The position numbers and the translations under genes are program-made. This document shows, piece by piece, positions 7,511-19,504 of a stretch of DNA of 19,504 bases. This DNA is from Deinococcus radiodurans R1 = ATCC 13939 = DSM 20539 (GTDB lineage Bacteria; Deinococcota; Deinococci; Deinococcales; Deinococcaceae), in NCBI RefSeq assembly GCF_000008565.1, contig NC_001263.1:461707-481210 (forward strand). Direction: 5' to 3'. Below the pieces are notes generated by a model, which searched no databases, had not been told where the DNA came from, and worked only from the letters and a program-made list of their open reading frames with translations. Position 1 is the first letter of the stretch. The number at the start of each line of letters is the position of its first letter.

Positions 7511-8178
7511 GCGCCCAGCTTACGCGCCACACCCAGTTGACGCGCCAGGACAAGGTGCCGCTCCTCGCGGTAGGGCATCCCCCGTACCGTCGCTTCCGCG
7601 TCCCAGTCAGCCCGCCGCGCCAGTTTTCCCATAAATTCGCCGCGCATCTGCCAGTCCTCCCAGGTCGGCGCGTGGGCCAGCACCGACACATGGTCTTCGG
7701 CCACGATGTCCCAGCCCACCGCCGCCAGACGCTCGGGCACTTCTGGCACGTTCAGGCGCGGCCCGACGTATAAAAAATGCGCGTCCGGCGCAGCAAGTTC
7801 GGGCAGGCGCAAAATCACTGAGGTCGGCCCTCGCCGCGAGACGATCAGGCCGAAGGGAGCGCCTAGCCCAGCAGGAAGCTCGCCCTTGCCGTTCCACTCG
7901 TATACATCGGCGTGCGGGGCGTTGGCGCGGGCCAGTTTCAGCAACTCCGGCGAGAAGTCGTAGGCCGCCCAGCGCGCCGCCTGCGGGCCGAAACGGGCGG
8001 CATCGGGACCGTGCCCGCAGCCCGCTTCCAGCACCCGCGTCTGCGGCGTGAGCAGGCGGCTCAGCCACAGGTCGAAGGTGAGTTCCGGGTCGGGGCCGCT
8101 CAGCACCCGCGCCCAGGGGTGCCGGTAGCCGCCGAGTTCGCGGGCGAGGCGGTCGTAACTTTCGCGGGAATGATTCAC
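7507..8178 (-). CDS. Class I SAM-dependent methyltransferase, substrate unknown
   Basis: Motif I VLEAGCGHG, with an acidic residue at the end of beta-2 (AAYDFS). No DPPY/NPPY or PCQ DNA-methyltransferase motifs. I prefer the GTG at 8178, which gives a GTGA overlap with the Uma2 stop. The ORF-track ATG at 8226 would give a 52-nt overlap. Confidence 0.78.
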   Translation of the reverse strand: MNHSRESYDRLARELGGYRHPWARVLSGPDPELTFDLWLSRLLTPQTRVLEAGCGHGPDAARFGPQAARWAAYDFSPELLKLARANAPHADVYEWNGKGELPAGLGAPFGLIVSRRGPTSVILRLPELAAPDAHFLYVGPRLNVPEVPERLAAVGWDIVAEDHVSVLAHAPTWEDWQMRGEFMGKLARRADWDAEATVRGMPYREERHLVLARQLGVARKLGA

Positions 8179-8731
8179 AGCACGCCGCCGAAGATGTCCT
8201 CCAGACTCAGGCTCATCTCCAGGCAATCAATCCATAGTTCGCCGTCCTGCACGACTTCGCGCATCTGCCATTCGGTTCCTTCACGGCGGTACTCCACCAC
8301 CCGCCGCTCGTCCTGATGAACGATGAGGTAGCTTTGCAGGCTCGGCAAGGCCGTGTACATCGCCCATTTGCCCACCCGGTCAATCTGCGCGGTGGACGGC
8401 GAGAGGATTTCCACCAGCAGGCACGGCGCCGTTTCAGCCAGGTCGCTGCCTGTATCGGTGTCGCAGACGAGCATCACGTCGGGGTAATAAAACGTGTTGC
8501 GCTCCTCGATCCGCAGGCGCATGTCGGCCAGATGCAGCCGGCAGCCCTGTTTTCGGGCGTGTGGGTGCAACGTCGCCACGATATTGACCGAAATGGCCGA
8601 ATGAGTGCGGCTGACCCCCGCCTGGGCGTGCAGCGGGTAGATGAACCCGGCCACGTACTCGTGCTTGACCGGACTGTTTTCCTCTGAGCGCAAGTATTCT
8701 TCCACGCTCATCGCTTTGAAGGCGGGGCCGG

Positions 8732-8735
<4 letters not shown>
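8175..8735 (-). CDS. Uma2-family (DUF820) PD-(D/E)XK putative endonuclease
   Basis: 186 aa. Family-typical pattern: KHEYVAGFIY, YYPDVMLVC, LLVEILSPST, DRVGKWAMY, SYLIVHQDERRVVEY. The ATG at 8735 overlaps the upstream stop (ATGA). Confidence 0.85.
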
Positions 8736-9514
<779 letters not shown>

Positions 9515-9526
9515 GCCCCCAGGCTA
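9515..9526 (-). promoter_or_regulatory. Candidate -10 box for a leaderless transcript
   Basis: Minus strand reads TAGCCT (9526-9521), then 6 nt (GGGGGC), then the ATG at 9514. There is no properly spaced SD. This TANNNT-N6/7-ATG geometry is the leaderless-mRNA pattern reported in Deinococcus. Confidence 0.3.
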
Positions 9527-9575
9527 GCGCCGCGTGCCCCCTTGCGTCCCCGCGCCCCGGAGCGCACCCTGCGGC

Positions 9576-10304
9576 ATGGACAACGGCATCCCGCACTACC
9601 AGCTCGAGCACATGACCGAAGACGCCTGGCGGATGTTCCGCATCCTGGGCGAGTTTTCCATCGGGTTTGACCGCATGGCGCATCTCAGCGTGCCGCTCGT
9701 CACGGTGTACGGCAGCGCCCGCACTGCGCTCACCGACCGTTACTACGGCCTGGCGCAGACCCTGGGACGCGAACTGGTGGGGGCGGGCTTCGGCGTGGTC
9801 ACGGGCGGCGGCCCCGGCATCATGCAGGCGGCGAACCAGGGCGCCTACGAAGCGGGCGGCGTCAGCGTGGGCCTCAATATCGTCTTGCCGCACGAGCAAC
9901 GGCACAACCCGTACCAGACGCTCTCGCTGGAGTTCGAGTATTTCCACGCCCGCAAGGTGATGCTGGCTCGCTACGCCCACGCCTTTGTCGCCTTTCCCGG
10001 CGGCTTCGGCACCCTCGACGAGATGATGGAGATTCTGACGCTGGTGCAGACCCGCAAGATGCGCCCGGTGCCCATCTATTTCGTCGGTGAGGCGCACTGG
10101 CGCGGGCTGGTGGAGTGGTTCCGAACCTCGCTGGTCGAGAACGGGGCCATTGCCGCCGACGACCTGAAGCTGTTCAAGCTGGTGGACGACGTGTCGCAGA
10201 TTCCCGCCGACGTGCGCGCCTACCACGACCCCGGCGCAGGCGACGGCTTCAAGCGCCCGACTGCCGAGGACACCGAGAAAGCGCAGGGCGAACAACCCAC
10301 CTGA
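9576..10304 (+). CDS. LOG-family protein (TIGR00730 type; cytokinin riboside 5'-monophosphate phosphoribohydrolase-like)
   Basis: [22 protein letters not shown] and the [19 protein letters not shown] (PGGxGTxxE) motif. Start uncertain: GTG 9534 (ORF track), ATG 9576 or ATG 9612. None has a clear SD. Confidence 0.82.
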   Translation: MDNGIPHYQLEHMTEDAWRMFRILGEFSIGFDRMAHLSVPLVTVYGSARTALTDRYYGLAQTLGRELVGAGFGVVTGGGPGIMQAANQGAYEAGGVSVGLNIVLPHEQRHNPYQTLSLEFEYFHARKVMLARYAHAFVAFPGGFGTLDEMMEILTLVQTRKMRPVPIYFVGEAHWRGLVEWFRTSLVENGAIAADDLKLFKLVDDVSQIPADVRAYHDPGAGDGFKRPTAEDTEKAQGEQPT

Positions 10305-10329
10305 GCCTGCGCGCTGAGCGCCGCTCCAC

Positions 10330-10335
10330 TACAGT
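10330..10335 (+). promoter_or_regulatory. Candidate -10 box for a leaderless MFS transcript
   Basis: TACAGT (10330-10335), then 7 nt, then the ATG at 10343. No SD. Confidence 0.3.
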
Positions 10336-10342
10336 GGGCCAG

Positions 10343-11557
10343 ATGCCGCGTCGCCCGCCTGCCCTGCTCTTCATTTTGCTGACCGCCCTGATTGACGTGA
10401 TGGGCATCGGCCTCATCATTCCGGTGCTGCCGGGGCTGGTCAAGGAACTGGCGGGGTCCGAGGCCGGCGGAGCGCGCTTTATCGGCGTGCTGACGGCGGC
10501 TTACGCGGCGATGCAGTTCATCTTCGCGCCGATTCTGGGCACGCTCTCGGACCGCTTCGGGCGCCGCCCGGTGCTGCTGCTCTCGCTGGCGGGGATGGTG
10601 CTCGATTACCTGCTGCTGTTTTTCTCGCCCAACCTGTGGTGGTTGCTGGTCGGGCGGCTCATTGCCGGAGTTACCGGCGCCAGCCTGACCGTCGCCAACG
10701 CCTACATCGCCGACGTGACGGCTCCCGAGGACCGCGCCAAGAACTTCGGGCGGCTGGGCGCCACCTGGGGTGTGGGGTTCATCCTGGGGCCGATGTTGGG
10801 CGGCTGGCTGGGCGAACATGGGCTGCGGGCGCCGTTCCTGTTTGCCGCTGGGCTGACCGCCTTGAACTTTCTGTACGGCCTGCTGGTGCTGCCCGAGTCG
10901 TTGCCGCCGGAAAAACGCGGCGCGGCGGGCGGCGGCACCCTCAATCCGTTTACGCCGCTGCGCGCACTGACCGAATACCCGCTGCTGCGGGGGCTGACCC
11001 TGACCTTCGTGCTGCTGGGCCTCGCCGGGCAGGTCATCGTGAGCACCTGGGTGCTGTACACCGAGGGCGTGCTGCGCTGGTCGCCGCTGCAAAACGGGAT
11101 TGCCTTCGCGGTGTACGGCCTGCTGACGGCGGGCGTGCAGGCGGGGCTGATTTCGCCCTTCATCGCCCGCTTCGGCGAACGGCGCACCATCATGACCGGG
11201 CTGGTGGCCTCCACCCTGGAATTCGTGGTGCTGAGCGTGGCCCGCAGCGCGCCGGTGCTGTATCTGTCGCTGGTGGTGGGGGCGCTGGGAGGGCTCGCGC
11301 AGCCCGCCATGCAGGGCCTGATTTCGCGCCAGGTCGGCGAGCAGGAGCAGGGCCGCGTGATGGGGGCAATCACCAGCCTCAACAGCTTGGTGGGCGTCTT
11401 CGGGCCGCTGCTGGCGACGAGCGTGTTCGCTGCCGGCCAGGGCGCGGGCTTTCCCGGCGCGGCGTTCGTGCTGGGCGCGGTGCTGTCTATTCTCGGCACC
11501 GTGCTTATTCTCAGCGTGCTGCGCGGGATTCCGGGGACGGGGCGGGCGATGAAGTGA
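10343..11557 (+). CDS. MFS efflux transporter, TetA/tetracycline-resistance-like (12-TM class)
   Basis: 404 aa from the ATG at 10343. N-terminus [28 protein letters not shown] motif [15 protein letters not shown]. Hydrophobic segments run throughout. The ORF-track start at 10115 adds 76 Arg-rich residues that overlap the LOG gene and is rejected. Confidence 0.9.
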   Translation: MPRRPPALLFILLTALIDVMGIGLIIPVLPGLVKELAGSEAGGARFIGVLTAAYAAMQFIFAPILGTLSDRFGRRPVLLLSLAGMVLDYLLLFFSPNLWWLLVGRLIAGVTGASLTVANAYIADVTAPEDRAKNFGRLGATWGVGFILGPMLGGWLGEHGLRAPFLFAAGLTALNFLYGLLVLPESLPPEKRGAAGGGTLNPFTPLRALTEYPLLRGLTLTFVLLGLAGQVIVSTWVLYTEGVLRWSPLQNGIAFAVYGLLTAGVQAGLISPFIARFGERRTIMTGLVASTLEFVVLSVARSAPVLYLSLVVGALGGLAQPAMQGLISRQVGEQEQGRVMGAITSLNSLVGVFGPLLATSVFAAGQGAGFPGAAFVLGAVLSILGTVLILSVLRGIPGTGRAMK

Positions 11558-11561
11558 ACAG

Positions 11562-11600
11562 AAAAAGCCCCGGTCAGACGGGCTGCCGGGGCTGCTTTTT
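11562..11600. terminator. Bidirectional intrinsic terminator between convergent genes
   Basis: AAAAA, then stem agccccgg (11566-11573) / ccggggct (11586-11593), then gcTTTTT (11594-11600). It sits between the MFS stop (11557) and the ABC ATPase stop (11610). Confidence 0.75.
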
Positions 11601-11609
11601 ATTCTGAAC

Positions 11610-12292
11610 CTAGCTGAGCACCGTCACCTCGCCGTCGTGGACTTCCAGCCGGTGTTCGGCCAGCGCGGCGATGTCGCGGTCGTGGGTGATGAGGACCACC
11701 GTGCGGCCCGGACGGGCGGGGGCAGTGAGCAGCTCCAGCACGCGCTGACCGCTGTGGCTGTCGAGGTTGCCGGTGGGCTCGTCGGCGAGCACGATGGCGG
11801 GGTCGCGTACCAGAGCGCGGGCGAGCGACACCCGCTGCGCCTCGCCGCCCGAGAGCTGGTGCGGCAGGTGCCCGGCACGTTGTTCCAGCCCCACCTGCGC
11901 CAGCAGCGCCCGCGCCCGGTCGCGGCGTTCGCGGGGAGGCACGCCGCTCAGCGTCAGCGGAAACTCCACGTTTTCCTGCGCGGTCAGGATGCTGACGAGG
12001 TTGTGGTTCTGAAACACGAAGCCGTAGTTCGCCAGCCGGAAGTCGGCCCGCTGCGCCTCGCTGAGCGTGGTGAGCACCGTGTCGCCCACCTGCACGTGCC
12101 CGCTCGAGGGCTGGTCGAAGCCCGCCAGCAAATTAAGCAGGGTGCTTTTGCCGCTGCCCGACGGCCCCACCACCGCCGTCAGCCCCGCCGGGAAGGTGTG
12201 GGTAAAGGGCCGCAGGGCCACCACCTGTCCCTCACCGCTGGGATAGATGCGGCTGAGGTCCACCGTCTGAAGTTGCAGGTCGCCCGCGCCGG

Positions 12293-12296
<4 letters not shown>
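11610..12296 (-). CDS. ABC transporter ATP-binding protein (MacB/LolD/FtsE-like)
   Basis: Walker [11 protein letters not shown]-loop FVFQ, signature LSGGEAQRV, Walker [13 protein letters not shown]-loop ITHD. The ATG at 12296 overlaps the permease stop (ATGA). Confidence 0.92.
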
Positions 12297-13453
<1,157 letters not shown>

Positions 13454-13531
13454 CGTTGTGCCCTCATGGGATCAGGCTAGCGGCTGGGGCCGGTGACAAA
13501 TAGGAGGCCAGCCGACGCTGTGGCGTGCTTA

Positions 13532-13639
13532 GAGCATTTGACACAAGAATGTTTTGCATTTTTGACCCTCTACCTTGATGGGAGAGGGCCTTGCGAAGCA
13601 AGGGGTGAGGGTGTCTTTTTCTGTCAAATGCTCCAGCCG

Positions 13640-13663
<24 letters not shown>
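13532..13663. repeat. Structured small non-coding repeat, family 1, copy B, with 12-bp terminal inverted repeats
   Basis: gagcatttgaca (13532-13543) is the exact reverse complement of tgtcaaatgctc (13623-13634). Internal hairpins are ccctct/agaggg and CCTTGC-GAA-GCAAGG (13589-13603). It shares ttgaccctctacc and the gagggccttg.gaagca.ggggtgaggg block with copy A. ggggtga (13602-13608) pairs with tcacccc (13654-13660), which lies inside the ABC-F 3' end. Confidence 0.7.
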
Positions 13664-15256
<1,593 letters not shown>

Positions 15257-15452
15257 GTTTTCTCCCAGCAAAGTCAGGCCCGCTGCCCGCAAGAGGCGGC
15301 AGGCGGCATCAACCGTCAAGACTGGGTCAGAAGCGCAAGAAAGGAAGTCCTTTGAATGAGCGAAGGCCAGAGCACCGGGGAGCCCGGAGTCAGCCGCAGC
15401 ATAGCCGACCCGCTGTTCCGGAAGCGGGAACGAAGTTCTTACACCCGGTCCA

Positions 15453-15481
15453 TTGAATTTGTGTAAAGAGAAATCTAATCT
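15453..15481 (+). promoter_or_regulatory. Sigma-70-like promoter for DUF485-actP
   Basis: TTGAAT (15453-15458), a 17-nt spacer, then TAATCT (15476-15481), in the most AT-rich part of the divergent intergenic region. This predicts a 5' UTR of about 75-80 nt ending in AGGAGGA (15554-15560). Confidence 0.5.
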
Positions 15482-15565
15482 AAGGAAGTCCACACAATTT
15501 CGCCGCCGGGCGCGCGGGGCTTTGGCCGCCTGTCCGCCTCTTCTTTTTTTCCCAGGAGGACTCTC

Positions 15566-15873
15566 ATGACGGTTGCCCCGACGACCCACGTTCCCCCCGC
15601 GCGCCCTGCGGCGTACCGCGAACTCGTGCGCCAGCGCAACAGTTTCACAGTCGCCATGACGCTGACGTTTCTGGTGCTGTACTTCCTGCTGCCGCTGCTC
15701 GCCGGGTACAACAAACCGCTGATGGCGACCAAGGTGTTCGGCAACGTCACCTTCGGCTACGTGCTGGCCTTCCTCGAATTCCTCATGGGCTGGGTAATGG
15801 CCGCGATTTACGTGCGTAAGGCGCGGACGTTTGACCGGCTGGCGCTGGAAGCCCAGGTGCCGGGGGGCGGGGC

Positions 15874-15877
<4 letters not shown>
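15566..15877 (+). CDS. DUF485 (YjcH-like) small membrane protein
   Basis: 103 aa with two hydrophobic helices and the typical position immediately upstream of an acetate-type symporter. AGGAGGA lies 5 nt upstream of the ATG. The stop overlaps the next start (ATGA, 15874-15877). Confidence 0.8.
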
Positions 15878-17460
<1,583 letters not shown>

Positions 17461-17476
17461 TACGAATTGCGGTTGA

Positions 17477-17592
17477 ATCGCTCAGTTTGAGCGATGAAAT
17501 CCGACTTGTAAAGCTGCAAAGCAGAGCGGAGCGAGTAGCAAAAAATACGTGCTGCGGGAAATGGACTAAAACCCGGCGCTTTTCCGGGTTTT
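17477..17592. repeat. Hairpin-core-hairpin non-coding element, family 2, copy C (its last hairpin is a likely actP terminator)
   Basis: 8-bp hairpin atcgctca (17477-17484) / tgagcgat (17488-17495). Core gacttgtaaagctgcaaagcagag (17503-17526) is 21/24 identical to 2080-2103. 9-bp hairpin aaaacccgg (17568-17576) / ccgggtttt (17584-17592). Confidence 0.45.
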
Positions 17593-17645
17593 AGGGAATT
17601 GGACGCAGTACGTATGAAGCTGGCCGCAAGTTGGGCGTGTGGACG

Positions 17646-17677
17646 GTCCCCCTTCCGGTGTGGAGGGGGACTTTTTT
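17646..17677 (+). terminator. Strong intrinsic terminator with no CDS immediately upstream
   Basis: gtccccct (17646-17653) / agggggac (17664-17671), a 10-nt loop, then TTTTTT (17672-17677). It lies 186 nt after the actP stop and after an earlier terminator-like hairpin. Confidence 0.65.
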
Positions 17678-17710
17678 GGCGCAAACTCCCCCTCGGCTCA
17701 TCTCCGCTGC

Positions 17711-17716
17711 TACCTT
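17711..17716 (+). promoter_or_regulatory. Candidate -10 box for a leaderless peptidase transcript
   Basis: TACCTT (17711-17716), then 6 nt, then the ATG at 17723. No SD. Confidence 0.3.
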
Positions 17717-17722
17717 TTTCCC

Positions 17723-18973
<1,251 letters not shown>

Positions 18974-18982
18974 GAGCAAACG

Positions 18983-19019
18983 GGAGAGGGTGGAGAGTTA
19001 ATCGCTCTCCACCCTCTCC
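18983..19019. terminator. Long perfect hairpin between convergent genes
   Basis: ggagagggtggagag (18983-18997) / ctctccaccctctcc (19005-19019), a 15-bp perfect stem with a 7-nt loop. It lies 10 nt after the peptidase stop and 8 nt before the minus-strand stop at 19027. T-runs are weak on both sides. Confidence 0.6.
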
Positions 19020-19026
19020 GCTTTAC

Positions 19027-19504
19027 TTATGGCCTCGGCGGCAGCGTCAGCTCGGGCGGTAGCCAGGGGTTGGTGCTGTCCTGCGGGGTCGGGGTGGTGG
19101 GCTCGGTAGGCGTGGCCGAGTCGGTGGGATCCGGAGCCGTGGTATCCGGCGCCGCGCCTGGAATGGGCGCCCAGGTGGCGTCACCGGACGGCGGCTCAGT
19201 GGGCGCGGAGTCGCTGGGCACCGGCTCAGTCGTCGTCGGGGGCACGTCGGGCAGCGGGTCGCTGACGGGGGGCTCGTTCGTCGGCGGTTCGCTCGTCGTG
19301 TCGCCCCAGGGCGTGGTCGTCGGGGCGGCGGGCTCAGTGGGCGCCGTGGCCGGCACGTTCGGGATGGGAGCGCTCGGCGGGGTGATGTTTGCCGGGGCAG
19401 CGTTCGTCTGGTCCGTCTGCGGAGCGGTGCTGGGCTGCGGCCCGCTGGCGTGGTCGTCGCGGGCTGCGGCGGCTCGGGCGCGGTGACGGCGGGGGGCGTT
19501 GCGG
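19027..19504 (-). CDS. C-terminal Pro/Thr/Glu/Asp-rich low-complexity tail of a larger protein (5' end outside the window)
   Basis: My hand translation shows the minus-strand frame stays open from 19504 to the TAA at 19027. The ORF-track start at 19356 is an internal GTG. Third codon positions are mostly G/C, as in the other genes. No catalytic domain is visible within the window. Confidence 0.5.
   Translation of the reverse strand, partial: RNAPRRHRARAAAARDDHASGPQPSTAPQTDQTNAAPANITPPSAPIPNVPATAPTEPAAPTTTPWGDTTSEPPTNEPPVSDPLPDVPPTTTEPVPSDSAPTEPPSGDATWAPIPGAAPDTTAPDPTDSATPTEPTTPTPQDSTNPWLPPELTLPPRP

Noticed and set aside
15409-15428. cccgc-tgttCCGGAAgcggg as an SRP RNA helix-8-like GGAA tetraloop.
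   Set aside because: Closing the GGAA loop gives only one base pair before a C-C mismatch. The flanking conserved AGCA/GGAA asymmetric-loop sequences are absent. It is just a 5-bp stem with a 10-nt loop.
15257-15589. N-terminal extension of the ABC-F ORF. Analogous extensions occur at 10115-10342 for the MFS gene, 17639-17722 for the peptidase gene and 2972-2980 for the CAP gene.
   Set aside because: The extensions are basic and low-complexity. They overlap neighbouring genes, promoters or a terminator, and they precede internal ATGs that sit where homologous domains begin (with an SD or leaderless-type signal).
19070-19486. The plus-strand Gly/Ser/Val-rich 138-aa ORF.
   Set aside because: It is the mirror frame of the minus-strand Pro/Thr-rich ORF. 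The minus frame ends neatly next to the convergent hairpin and stays open to the window edge. The plus ORF would have to start just after the bidirectional hairpin, with no start signal.

Overview
About 19.5 kb of high-GC (roughly two-thirds G+C by eye) bacterial chromosome. The protein set (TreZ, bacterial PolX with a C-terminal PHP domain, Uma2/DUF820 nuclease), several leaderless-looking starts and the structured intergenic repeats look Deinococcus-like, but I cannot run a search to confirm this. I call 16 CDS, one of them open at the right edge. In order they are: treZ (-), a CAP/SCP lipoprotein (-), then a gapless minus-strand chain of PHP phosphoesterase, Uma2 nuclease, SAM methyltransferase, PolX and PAS-GGDEF-EAL. 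After that come a LOG-family protein and a TetA-like MFS pump (+), a MacB-type ABC ATPase plus FtsX permease (-), an ABC-F ATPase (-), DUF485 plus an ActP-type symporter (+), an M24 Xaa-Pro peptidase (+), and a Pro/Thr-rich partial ORF (-). I saw no rRNA, tRNA, CRISPR array, transposase or integrase. Several ORF-track calls have over-long N-termini and were trimmed to starts with better signals. Long antisense ORFs are GC-driven shadows. The main points are these. (1) The 6.1-kb five-gene chain has no intergenic nucleotides and is a candidate undescribed DNA-end-processing module coupled to c-di-GMP turnover. (2) The PolX palm appears to have lost canonical catalytic Asp residues while its PHP domain is intact. 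(3) There are two families of structured non-coding repeats. One family is fused to the 3' ends of two unrelated genes and supplies the stop codon of one of them. (4) An orphan terminator and a possible sRNA lie between actP and the peptidase gene. (5) A 41% G+C island sits between duplicated hairpin modules. All functional calls come from motifs read in the translations, with no database search.
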